In this document: positions 39,590-51,394 of the stretch, in pieces
Position numbering within the stretch: the first letter of the stretch is position 1
How the letters are laid out: every line of letters starts with the position of its first letter
From: Callorhinchus milii
Lineage: Eukaryota
DNA: 64,000 nt
Assembly: GCF_018977255.1 (NCBI RefSeq)
Contig: NW_024704742.1
Coordinates: 15,998,001 to 16,062,000, forward strand
Reading direction: 5' to 3'
The notes under the pieces: generated by a model
The model's input: only the letters and a program-made list of their open reading frames with translations
What the model was told of the DNA's origin: nothing
Database searches by the model: none
Translations under genes and position numbers: made by a program

Positions 39590-39913
39590 GTGGAGTCCTG
39601 TAGCTCAGTGGTTAGAGCACTCGCTTTGCAAGCGAGAGACCTGAGTTCAATTCCAGTCAGGGCGAAACCTTGGGCAAGTTTCCTTACTCCACACGCCTAA
39701 TAATAATCCCTCCAAAACCAAAAACAATAATAAATTGGTCATTTTCAATCTACAACTGTTAATTGGACATTGCTGTGCGCAATTGGCTGCCGCGTTCGCC
39801 CACAAATATACAGTCAATTCACTTTACAGTGTGTTCTGTGAAGCGCTTTGGGACGTCCTCCCGACGTGAAAAGCGCTATATCAAATGCAAGGATTATTAT
39901 TATTGTTATTATT
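39590..39913 (+). mobile_element. SINE-A, short form, young (used as reference copy)
   Basis: Box A TAGCTCAGTGG, box B-like GAGTTCAATTCC, Ala anticodon arm, Deu segment, hairpin tail, (ATT)n. Confidence 0.97.
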
Positions 39914-40649
39914 TTAGCTGAGGACTGGTATTAAAGGCAAAAACAAGGAAACTCCAAGGTCCAACTATTTCATCTAAAAGGGCAATCATTTTCAGTCATT
40001 ACTTATTCCCCATTGCTTTGCAGAGATATCATTCAAGGCCATTAAAATACAATGTTTTTTGCAATGCTTGCTGCTGGCTCACATTTAGAGCAGCAATTCT
40101 GCTATGTGTTTTTTCTCTTAGAGAACAGTGCAGGATGATGATTACCGCAGAAAAAATCCCTTTTAATCACTACAAAATCTTATTTTGTTGCAGACATTTC
40201 CCAAAATATATCTCCTACGTTGACATTTATAGTTTCTTATTTGCAGTATTTCAACTGGCTACATCAGTAATGATATGGCATAAAATGTTGCTAACAATCT
40301 CTTGAAGGCAGTTAATGGTTTTCAGGTAAGCAGAAACCATCCTTTTAATCTGACTTTATTATGCAGAAGTGATGACAAAAATGAATTAATTAATTAATTA
40401 GCTTTCTATGTTAAGTATAGGTTGTTCAGCGCATGATGGTTTTCTTAGAATCAAATAGATAGCTGATTTCAAGTAATCATAAGGAATTCAGTGATTTTAC
40501 TAATTGTTTAATCTATCTGGCAAAATAAACAAAAAAACTATTTAAAAATTACCCGTCTTTCTCTCCGGAAAGAGGTGACACTTGCTGAGTTAGTGTGTAC
40601 AAGCAGTGGTGCAAGTTACCATTCTTCTAGTAGAATTGATGGGATACCT

Positions 40650-41100
40650 AGAGTAGTGTGTACAGATCTGGATGCTATGACCCAGGCCTTAGAGGCAGTG
40701 CACAGGAGAGCAAAGAGCATGATTCCCAATGTTAGAGGAATTTGCTTAGCCCTCGCTTTGCAAGTGAGACCTGAGTTCAATTCCAGGCAGGGCGAAACCT
40801 TGGGCAAGTTTCCTTACTCCACACGCCTAATAATAATCCCTCCAAATAAACAAAACAATAATAGATTGGTCATTTTCAATCCATGACTGTTTGTGGGACA
40901 TTGCTGTGCGCAATTTGCCCACAAATATACAGTCAATTCACTTTACAGTATATTCTGTGAAGCGCTTTGGGACGTCTAGAAGACGTGAAAAGCGCTATAT
41001 CAAATGCAAGGATTATTATTATTATTATTAGAGTGACAACGAGACAATCTAGCGTTCTTCTGTCTTGAAAAGAGACGTCTCAAGGGTGGTTGAAGCCAGA
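40650..41100 (+). mobile_element. CR1 ORF2 fragment interrupted by SINE-A
   Basis: ALEAVHRRAKSMIPNVRG before the SINE and DNLAFFCLEKRRLKG after it; CR1 reads LE.VQRRAT.MI...LFSLEKRRLRG. Confidence 0.8.
40747..41029 (+). mobile_element. SINE-A, short form, 5'-truncated
   Basis: Begins at the anticodon arm; tail loop TAGAA. Confidence 0.95.
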
Positions 41101-42711
41101 CAACTTGACTTGGTTTATAAAAGTAGACCGATGTGATGATGAGAAGTGGGTATTCTGGAAGAATGAGATCCAATAAGATGAATGGTGTTCTTCTTCTAAA
41201 CCTCTTGTGATATTGTGCTCCTGATCAGGAACAGAAACTCTGGATGATATTTTATACCTTTCTAGACCAGTCACGCTCTGACCAATTTTAGCACCTCAAT
41301 GAAGTGCAGCTCAGATCAGCTAACAATACAGAAAGTAAGGTCTGCATGGTTAAGTGCTTTACCAACAATGCCATTGGAGTGCCTAAAAACAGTATTCATT
41401 CAGAACATAAAACACTTAATAGTAAAGTGTCCATAATTAAACACATTGGGCATTATCATAAATTGAAGTACAATGGAAGCTCTGTATAATTTCAATGTAG
41501 CTCTTAGAACATATGTGAGTTGCATGCTGTTCTGCTTGTGATTTGTTTGTATATCATCATCTCCATCCAATTAAATGACATAGTGTTATTCCCCTGTCAG
41601 TTCTCATTGATCACGCCACCAGCTATTCCGTGTTCCTCCACCTTCTATTTAATAACTACTACTTAAATGTCATTTAAACACAAAAAGCTGAGTGGCCAAC
41701 TTTTCACACATTTTCATTTCTAGGTCATATGTTATTAACATTCATCTGGCATTTCCAGCACTTCATTGTGATGACACATAAAGCTCATAGCTCACACTTT
41801 CATGAACCGCCAACTAAAAGTATTCATATTAATATTTTATAGGTCTGTTTAATATTAAGAAATGCTGGAGCTTAACTCTTTGTTCACTTTACAAAATAAG
41901 TTTGATTTTATTCCAGTTCTCTTTAAGAGTCGTTAAAAATGCAATTTCATTCAAAACATTTTAGTCGATTGATTGCCTTAAATTTCAGAGTGGAGTTTTA
42001 CGAAGTTAAAGAGAATAGTTTCGCTCAGGATCTTGAAACATTGTCAACTCAGCATTTCATCATCCATATGCATGTCTCTCTTTGGATTTATTCTACAATG
42101 ATCTCAAAGATTTCTGCTCTCGGGCTCTTTCCATATCAAATTTCTGAAATCATTACATTTACAGTGACAGCTTTCAACATTTATTTTTGTATCCGCTCTG
42201 AGTTCTGACAGGATTTATAGGGTATCATCGGGTGCACATTGAAGAAAACCAGTCTCAGCAAGTGATTATCCAGACTGACATCCACCGGGGCGGTGGGGGG
42301 AAGCAATTAATAATCAACTTTACCAAGCAGTTCAAATTGGTAAAAAGGCCTATCAATCTGTCCTGAAAGAACTCATAATCCAGTCCAAGTTGGCATGGAG
42401 CTGAGATGGGATGGAATGAATTAGTTGAAAGATGCAGACCAAAGAGATATGAAGATCAGCTAAGCTAGAAGGAATCAGGTGTAAGGTGCAATCTGTCTTA
42501 TCATAACAGGTAAGTGACAGGATAGAGTTAGCATTTTGCATTTTGCCTCTTATCCATGCATTTACTCAGCTATTGGCCTTCTGAATTTACTGAACTTACT
42601 CATGAAGAATTTTCTTGAATGTTTATAGTGTATGCATGCTTTACATGGAAATCTGGGCTATTTCCTATTCAGGCATGACTTCCCCCTTAAAGAACAATAA
42701 AAGACTGGAGG

Positions 42712-43130
42712 TGTCAGCCTGGCTCAGTTGTACCACTCTTGCCTCTGAGTCAGAAAATTGCAGATTGAAGTCCCATGTCAGAACTTTGAAATCACATGCT
42801 TTAGGCTGACACTCCAATGCAGTACTGGGGATGTGCTACATTGTTGGAGGTACATACTTCAATTGAGATGTTAAACGAAGGATCTCTCTGCCTGTTGAGA
42901 TGGATGTTAAAGATCCCACAACAATAGTTGAAAAGAAAAGGGAGTTTTTCCTAGTGTCCTGGCCAACAATTTCCAGATGGTCATTCATGTTATGGATGTT
43001 TGTGTGACATTACTGCGTGCAAAATGGCTGCTGAATTTGCCTACAAAATACACAGTCACTACACTTTATAGTGAATCCTGTGAAGCACTTTGAGATGTCC
43101 TCCAAGTATAAAATGCCAGGGTTATTTATT
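42712..43130 (+). mobile_element. SINE-B, full length
   Basis: 'gtcagcctggctcagttgtaccactcttgcctctgagtcagaa...taggctgacactccaatgcagtactgggg', Deu core and tail. Confidence 0.92.
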
Positions 43131-43145
43131 GCTTTATTTGGAGGT

Positions 43146-43332
43146 CAACAACAACAACACACTACATTTGTATAGCGTCTTTCACGTGAGGAGGACTGTC
43201 AGGCATCTGCACTCAATCTGGTAATTGGGAGCAGGAAGTGTGGAGGGAGGGGAGGCAAAGGAGGGTGACCGAGGCCACGGTCAAGGAGGAGGGTCTTGAG
43301 ATGGATCTTGAACGAGGCAGGGGTGGGGGCGA
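43146..43332 (-). mobile_element. L2 3' fragment
   Basis: (CAA)n tail; encodes SFKIHLKTLL. Confidence 0.85.
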
Positions 43333-43581
43333 AAAATTCTATAGCATCGACTTTAACTGGGAGTCTTGGTTTTGAATTAAATTTGTCATACATTCTCCTA
43401 GTGAGTGAGCATTAAAATTTCAGCCTGATCAAGTGTTAGAGCTAAGGAAAGCTGACCAGAAGATAAATGCTGCTACTCACTCACTGACTATCTCATCTTG
43501 CTGACTGAAAAGCACAGCCCAGAAGGAAGTAATCAATCTTCATGAAGAGTGATATAATACAAGAAAATTGAAGAAAATATT

Positions 43582-43951
43582 AATAATCCTTGCTTTTAAT
43601 ACTTCCATTTGATACAGCATCTTATCATGTTGTTTAGATGTCACAAAGCATATTTTGTAAAGTGAATTATTGTATATTTTGTGGGCGAAATGTGGCAGCC
43701 AATTGTACACAGCAACGTCTCACAAATAATCATGGATTGAATAACCAATTTTTTTTTGAAGGCTTATTACCCCTGGAAAGCGATCTAACAATCAACTAAC
43801 AACCAGGTTCCTGCTTGTTGTTAGGTAAACAGAGTCATGGAGTAAGTAAAATTGCCTAAGGTTTTGCCCCACCCAGGAATCAAACCCAGATACACTCGTG
43901 TCCTCTGGCTTGTGAACCAAGTGCTCTAAAAAATCCGCTACAGGACTCCAC
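43582..43951 (-). mobile_element. SINE-A, long form, diverged
   Basis: Head 'ctacaggactccac', CORE-like 'taggtaaacagag', tail. Confidence 0.9.
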
Positions 43952-44707
43952 GAGGATTAACCACACAGTATAGTTATTTTCAAGCTAAGGATGGTTTGCC
44001 CATGAAGACTTTCACTCATGGGGTTCACTCATTATTATTATTATTATTGATGAGCCAGACGTTGCTTGTCAACCACCAACTATGCCTTTGATAACTACAG
44101 ACATGTCTCCAATAGAGTCAGTTCAATCCCAGGGAGACTCCACCCCGCCACTCCCCCCAAAAAAATTAAAAACCAAGTTTATATCATTGCGCAGAAGCAT
44201 GTAAATATTATGCCACACTGCCCAGTAAAGCTTTTATCATGCCAGAAGAGAGAAGCTCTTACCTGCAAAGCATTATGGTAATTTGCACTGGTGAAGATAA
44301 CTGAAAGGGAAAAAACTTTCATAAATATCATTTAACAGAACATCTCTCTTAAGAACGTGAATAAATATAAATATGTCGACAAATTAACAGTAAATAATAA
44401 AGAATGGCCTTCACATTTCTTCCCCACTGAAAGCATATCAAGTGAATATATTACACCAACAGAGAGAGATATAAACATAATAAATGACCACAAACATTTT
44501 AAGAATGGAAACAATAAAAGGATTTCAGCAATCAGTGTGTCCATTATTCTAATACGAGACTGTAACAGTTCTTTGAAGGTTGAAGTCTATATTCTCTTTA
44601 AAACGCTGAGGAAAGATATTTTAGGTACAGTTTCTTTATCCACCATTCATAAAGCAATGTTTATGTTTCTCGCAAGTTATTGAACTGTGAAGACTCTTGT
44701 AACTCAA

Positions 44708-45278
44708 ATAAAAATAATAATCCTTACATTCAGTATAGCAGCTTTCACATCGAGAGGATGTCAGCGCTTTATAATAATAATAATAATCCTTGCATTTGAT
44801 ATAGCGCTTTTCACGTCGGGAGGACGTCCCAAAGCGCTTCACAGAACACACTGTAAAGTGAATCGACTGTATATTTGTGGGCTTTGGGAAGTCCTCCTGA
44901 TGTGAAAGGCACTATACAAATGTAATTTGTTGTTGTTGTTTCAAAGCACTTCAAAGGATATGCTGTCAAGTGGAATATCTGTGAGTTTTGTAGGTGAGCA
45001 CGACAGTCAATTTCCACACTACAATTTCCAAGCCATGAAGTGAATGCCCAATTTTATTGGGAGATTGCTGGCCAAGACACCAGGAGAAACTCCTTTCTCG
45101 TTTGGAAAAGTGCCATAGGAACTTTAACGTTCACCTGAACAGGCAGAAGAGATATTGGTTTAACATCTCATTCAAAGTATTTTGCCACAAATATACGGTC
45201 AATTCACTTTACAGTCTATTCTGTGAAGCGCTTTGAGACGTCGAGAAGACGTGATAACAAATGCAAGGATTATTATTG
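44708..45278. mobile_element. Composite of five SINE/L2 pieces
   Basis: 44708-44769 tail(-); 44770-44880 young SINE-A tail(-); 44881-44940 L2 tail(+); 44941-45178 SINE-B body(-); 45181-45278 SINE tail(+). Confidence 0.88.
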
Positions 45279-46204
45279 TAAGTACAAATGATGAGATGAA
45301 ATAGATGAGATGATAGCTGTAAGCAGTCAGGAAGGGAAGCCCTTGATGCAGTTTATATTACATATATCACTCACGTGACAGAATAGGAAGTCATCCCAGT
45401 GATCACAACATAACTGTTGGTTACCAAATGACTCCACAAGTTCTGAAGGAAATTTTTGACTTACAAGTTTGTTTTGGGAAGCTTGCTGTTTCAAAGAGAT
45501 AGTTTTGTGTTGAGGTGAATGAACATGTGTGATTTCAAAGCAATTTTTCTTAAAAATAGCTTCTTATGGAAGCTGAGTTTGAAAAAATGATAACATCCTC
45601 CTAGATTGTCGAGGTGTAGCAAATATGAACTCATGTAATAAATCATAATTTCTTGAGTCCAGTAACTTCTTTTTATCAATAATAAACTGGTCTGGCCTGT
45701 TGATCTATCTCCTCTAGGTTGATCGGTTCTCAAAGCAAGAAAGAAAGCATGGAATGTTACTTATTGTGGAAAAGGATGTCTGGCAGAAAAACTGCTCACA
45801 GAGGCCATTAAATTAATGATGGTTCGAAAGCAGTCTAAAACAGTGGAAGTCAGAGACTAAATTAACGCTGGGCTTTATTAAAGCACACATGTTAATAAGG
45901 CCCAATTAATGTTTTCGTGCTGATAACATGATTTTTTTAACACTGGAAAAAAGACCTAAGGAATTTTGCTAGGACTTCACCACAAGTTTTTCTCCTATCT
46001 GAATTTCATTATTAACTGTATGATTTTTGAACAGAAGTTCGGGCCTGCAATGTGACATCATCCCGTGTGAAGGGTGCGATATAAATGCAAGTTGCTGTTG
46101 TTGTCACCTGAATATATCTATACTATTTTAAGCATATTAGGGTCACTTCACTCATATGAAAGGCAAATTTAATTCTATAAAGACTTTTCCTCCCCAAAAT
46201 CCAG

Positions 46205-46852
46205 TTGCTGACCAGGAACGCCTTCTTCCACTTCTGCCATATTGCCCACCTCGACCGTACTTTACCCCAAATGCAGCCGAAACCCTTATACATGTGTTCG
46301 TCACCTCCCGTCTGGATTACTCAAACGCATTCCTCGCCGGTCTCCCCAGCTCCACTATTCAAAAGTTCCAGCTCATTCAGAACTTTGCTGCCCACATACG
46401 TAACTGGACCAAACTCCATACCCACATCTCACAAGTTCTGGCCAGGCTCCACTTGTTCCCCATCAAAGAATGGATCGACTTTAAGATCCTCACACTCATG
46501 TTCAAATCCCTTCACTATTTGGCACCTCCCTACCTCTCTGATCTCTTCACTCCCCAATCCATCACCCGGTGCTTCCGCTCGACTTGCACCAGCCTCCTTG
46601 TACCTCGCACCCTCCGCCCTACCATCGGATATCGTGCTTTCAGCCACTACGCCCAAAAATCTGGAACGTTCTCCCTCAATCCTCCACCTTGCTCCCAGAT
46701 CGCCTTTTTCAAGTCCGGCCTGAAAAGCTTCCTCTTTGACCATGCTTACGGCCACCTCACCCACCACTGGCTCAGAGTCAGGGTCTGCCACTGTTAAGCT
46801 CTCTGAGACGCTACAATGCATGGAGGAAGCTATATAAGTGCAAGTTGTTATT
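46205..46852 (+). mobile_element. L2 subfamily-2 ORF2 C-terminal fragment
   Basis: ORF 46156-46797 contains AETLIHVFVTSRLDYSNA...IDFKILTL...FKSGLKSFLF. Confidence 0.95.
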
Positions 46853-47632
46853 ATTCCTCTATTTGAATCTTTTCCACTTTTTTGCAAAAGAACACATCAT
46901 AAATCATAATTATGTACTGAATCTAAAATACCAGTAGTTCATTGCTTTGGCATGTTAGTGTAAAGCATTTTCCTTTTGCGACTAGGTTAAAGGTTAATTA
47001 AATCCTCTACGTATGACCTTTAAGCTAGTATTAGGAGGCTAAAGCGATCTACACTTTTAAGATACATGAAGCTAATTATTTAATGATAAATCTAGTACAG
47101 TGCAATGCAATTTCAACAGTCTTCAAAGATAACAGAGGGTATTAATGTTAACAGCTTTAAGTGCCTTTGTATCACAGTCCTACTGGCAAGAACTGTCAGA
47201 CTGGATCAATACATGCTTTTCAGCCTTCCTTTGGTGCTGTAATCCAGCCTCACTAAGCAGTGACCTTTTCGGCTGTGTGAGCTCTTGTTTGCTTATTATT
47301 GTTGTAAGAGCAGCCATAAGTATGATAGTTATCAGGGACAAGTAACGTTGGGTATAGTTTGGTCTTTATAAGATGTTGGGATGAAAACTTATTTCATATT
47401 CTCTGAAATCATGTGCTTAGCCTCAAAACAGATACAAGAGAAGAAGTGGGTAGAATAGTTAGGGATTCAATATTGTCTTTACCTGAAATTATCATAAGCT
47501 TCCCTAGCTAAATGGAGGATTATTGGATTGTCTCCATTAGTAAAACACAATGCCTGGAGCCAGGCTCGCTGATATGTCTCCTGATTCAAAACAGTGACAG
47601 GAGCATTACTGTCATTCCCACAGACAGTGGGG

Positions 47633-47700
47633 ACAACAACAACAACAAAATTACATTTATAGAGCACCTTTCACGTCGGGAGGACGTCCCAAAGCGCTGG
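47633..47700 (-). mobile_element. L2 3' tail only
   Basis: (CAA)n plus 'tttcacgtcgggaggacgtcccaaagcgctgg'. Confidence 0.88.
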
Positions 47701-48824
47701 GTTACATGTATCAGGTTCGTTAATTGTGGAATCTCAGTTGACAGTGTTAAAGAAGCTAATTCTAGAGACTCCCAACTGCTTAAGGCTATTCTTAGCAGAA
47801 AATGAGGAATCTTCAAGAATCATATGATTCAGACATGTTGCACGGGGTACAATGCTTCTTGCAAGTAACCTTTACATAATTCTTATTATATTTTATACAA
47901 TTTGGTATCATTTTAAGTATATCATTTTCTCATTCATTCATTTTCTTTTACCTGTTGTTGCAATAAAGATCCTGTGATCCTGTATTTCAGTACATATTGA
48001 TGTAGAAGGGATGCTGGAATAAATGCATATGCAATGAGTTTCAGTTTTTATTTGAAATCTACATCAACAAACTATAAGTTAATGCCAGTGTTTGAAACAG
48101 GGGAGCCTGCAAAAGAGATTTGTTCAATCTGTGCAGAAACCAATGGAAATGACAGTACAACATATGTAATTTTGTAACTGTTCTATCCAGAGAATGAAAG
48201 TTGAAAGAGGAAAATGACTTTTGTCATGAGAACTTCCCCTTGCCGCTAATGGTAATGGTAGTAACTTTTACACTCGTGTCTAAAGAGCAGGAATTTCAAC
48301 TGGGGTTCCACAATTAACAAATCTGATATGTGTAAAAGAAATTCCTACAACTCAGTGTTATGGAAGATCAGTGGAAGGAAGTTACAGCATTTTTTCCTGC
48401 ATTCTTCTAATCCCTTTTTAAAAAAATAGGAACTGAGCTAAACTGAAAACTGAAGTGACTTGAATTGAATCCAACTGGGTTAATTTGTTGGATGACCACA
48501 TATGGAAACTAAATCAAAATATGCATTCTATTCTAAAAGTAATGGCAATGACCTTTACACTCATGCACTTACTTAGTCATTGAGCTGACTGAGAAAGATT
48601 AGGGGTTGTTAGATTTTAAAGGGTTAATTTCATGCCTTTGACTGTGTGGACCCAACATAATTTTCACAAAAATATAGACGTGCAAATAGTGGGCGAACAA
48701 AAGAGGTAATACCTATGGTTGAAGTTTCTGTGTTTAGTGCTAATCTCAACAGTCTGACCTCCTCAGAAACAGATGTTAAAATCTTTAGTAAAAAGGAAAG
48801 GAAGGGAAAGCACTGAAGAGGCAT

Positions 48825-49135
48825 AATAAAGGTGGCCAAAACATAGGTCTTTAGGTGGGCTTTAAAGGTAGGATAGGAAGGGGTGAGGCAATGAGATTTT
48901 GTGATGGAGTTCTGAAGAGTGGTGACAGACAGCAGAAAGCTTGCCCAGCGAAGGTTGGACAAGTTGAGCTAGGACATGAGTGGGCTGGTGTTAGCTGAGT
49001 GGAAGACACAGCTGGGGCAGTAAAGTTGCAAGAAGTCACAGAGGTAAGGTGGGGTGAAGCCATGGGGGAATTGATCATAAGGCTGATGATCTTGAATCTG
49101 GTCCACTGGGAGACGGGGAACCCGTGGAGCTGCCA
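48825..49135 (-). mobile_element. Degraded L2 ORF2 C-terminal fragment
   Basis: Minus strand gives FKAHLKTY and decayed W.P...FKI-type motifs. Confidence 0.8.
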
Positions 49136-49809
49136 ATTAGAGATGTGTGCAAATGCAGATCAAGCCACACTACAGTTATAATTGATGCATCAATGGCTAG
49201 ATAGAGTCTGGTCTACTAATAACTGTAACTGCAAGCATGGATGTAACTCAAGATCTAATGGCTTTTGACTCAATGTGTTTTTAGGTCCAGCTGCATGATG
49301 AAACACCTGGTCTAATACCCTGAGGGGAGCATATCTCTGTAAATAAACTTCGAGAAAGAATTGGACAGAGGATTGTTGCTCTTAGGAATTCATAGGTAAG
49401 TCTGAGATTTCAGTTTTAGATCTTCATACTTATAAGACCTCATACTCTCAAGGAGATACAAAGCCAGGATTCCAATATAGTAAGATACAGATCTGGGCAT
49501 CCAGGTCAATGCAAGTAAGAAAGCTAATTTTGCTGTTAAAATCTTAAGTGAACAAGGCACTGTTAAAATAGGTCAATGAACACAGGAAATCTGTATTCAA
49601 GCTGTCACACTTGAGATGGATCAGACAATTCAGAACGATAAATTTGGGGATTAAAAATATTAATTGTGAAGTTAGCACAGGTGTGGTGTGCGATGGAATG
49701 TAATTATGATGGTCAAAATTGGTTATTTTTCCAAAGTCCAGGATTTCACTTAATGAGAATGTCATAAGGAATTATTTGAAGTGAAGATAAAGTCTGATTT
49801 AATGGTGAA

Positions 49810-49993
49810 CAGCTCTGTGAAGCTCTTTGAGATGTCCTCCCGACATGAAAGATGGTATGTAACATCCCCCCACTGCCCTCCACCCTCCCTGACCCCAACC
49901 CCCAGTTCAGGTCCGTAACTCTGTCTGTCCAGCGCCTTGGGACGTCCTCCCGGCATGAAAGGTGCTTTACAAATATAATTTTGTTGTTGTTGT
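49810..49993 (+). mobile_element. SINE tail followed by an L2 3' end
   Basis: Two consecutive tail hairpins ('gagatgtcctcccgacatgaaa', 'gggacgtcctcccggcatgaaa') and (GTT)n. Confidence 0.85.
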
Positions 49994-51169
49994 ATATAAA
50001 TGTAAATTGTATTGTATTATGAGTGTGTTGAAAACAAGAAGCCAAGAATTTCAACTTTGCTTGAGAGATAAATTCACCAGCAATTTAATGGTAAATATTA
50101 AATGTCTGCAAGTGAAACATTTGCTGGTTAAGGAAAAATGCTTTGTTCTCCCAATGCGAGAGCTGTTATATAAGCATAAATGGTACTGTATTATAAGATT
50201 TCTCCAATTTTTAAAATCAAATTAAATCAAAAGTATTTTCATTTATTAAAGGTGTTGATATATAATCTGTAATAGTGCAATTACAATTCTGGATAGAATT
50301 GGCAAGACTATTCTCCAAAAAGAATGGCAGTTAAATTAAATGATCACTGGAATAGCTGCAGGGAGAGTGAAAATGACCTCATCAGATAAGAGAGTAGGGA
50401 AGGATTCAAGAGTGAAGCAGCATTATTCTTGGTACTGTGTAGGACCTACAGATTAAATAAATTTCCTCTAAATTGGGAGTCCCACTCTTCTAAATTAATT
50501 AGGCCATGAGATGTGTTGACCTATGATGCTCCTCCACCTCTTGAATGCAGGACCTTTCACTTCCCAGTGCAAGACGCTTCCTGTTGAGGGGAGGAAGCTA
50601 ACTTTTTCTTCAAAGGTTCTCAGCTTGGAGAAAGTTACAAAGTCCTGTACTAACTTATCCTGTTTTGTTCTACATATTCGGCTACACATAAGAAAGTTAC
50701 TCAAATTACACCAAAATAGTTACAGTTTGCCTTGCTGGCATTTCATGAATCGTTTAAAATTAGAATTTATTTATATAAAGCATTTTATTCTCAATAGGAA
50801 ATAACTCAAACTGCTCCATGTATGTAATCTGATAAATGGTAAACTTGGATTACTGAGAACAGCTTTAAATATGGGCATTTTGCTCAAGATTAACATAAAT
50901 GACAGACTTGGCAACAATATGGTGTATTAGTACAGTTCATAAGAAGAGTCATGTACAAGTTGAACATCTGAAAAATAAATATTAACTGGATGCTTGCCAG
51001 CTAAGTAAAAAAATCAGAGTTTGAACTGGCAGAAATTCCAGTAGTTACAAGGTACTAGAATAAAGGGATAATAATGGGGTTGGTATATTGTTTCGTGCTA
51101 AAACAAGTACAATAAAATATTCTTTTTTTGAGTATTAGTCTCTGGCAAGGTCATTTAGATATCAGTGTG

Positions 51170-51385
51170 TCATCTAGGTGTCAATGGTACCACTTTCAAC
51201 TCTGAATCAGAAGGATGTGGGTTCAGAACTTTGAATTCACAGTCCAGGTTGATACTCCAACACAATGCTGGGGAATTGTTGAGGTGCTGTCCTTTGGATG
51301 AGACATTAAACTGGGCTCCTATCTGCCTGGTCAGATAGGTCCCATGGCACTATTGTATTTGGAAAGGGGAGGGTCTTTTTCCTGG
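51170..51385 (+). mobile_element. SINE-B 5' part
   Basis: 'ctctgaatcagaaggatgtgggttca...gaggtgctgtcctttggatgagacattaaac'. Confidence 0.82.
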
Positions 51386-51394
51386 GACATTACT

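Noticed and set aside
39590..39665. tRNA-Ala(TGC) gene
   Set aside because: It has box A/B and an anticodon arm but no proper acceptor stem, and it runs into a SINE body repeated more than 10 times in the window.
46156..46797. 213-aa ORF as a host gene
   Set aside because: It is an L2 ORF2 C-terminal fragment with a chance upstream ATG.
49286..49395. Plus-strand exon with good splice sites
   Set aside because: Stops in all three frames and no supporting neighbours; a non-coding exon cannot be excluded.
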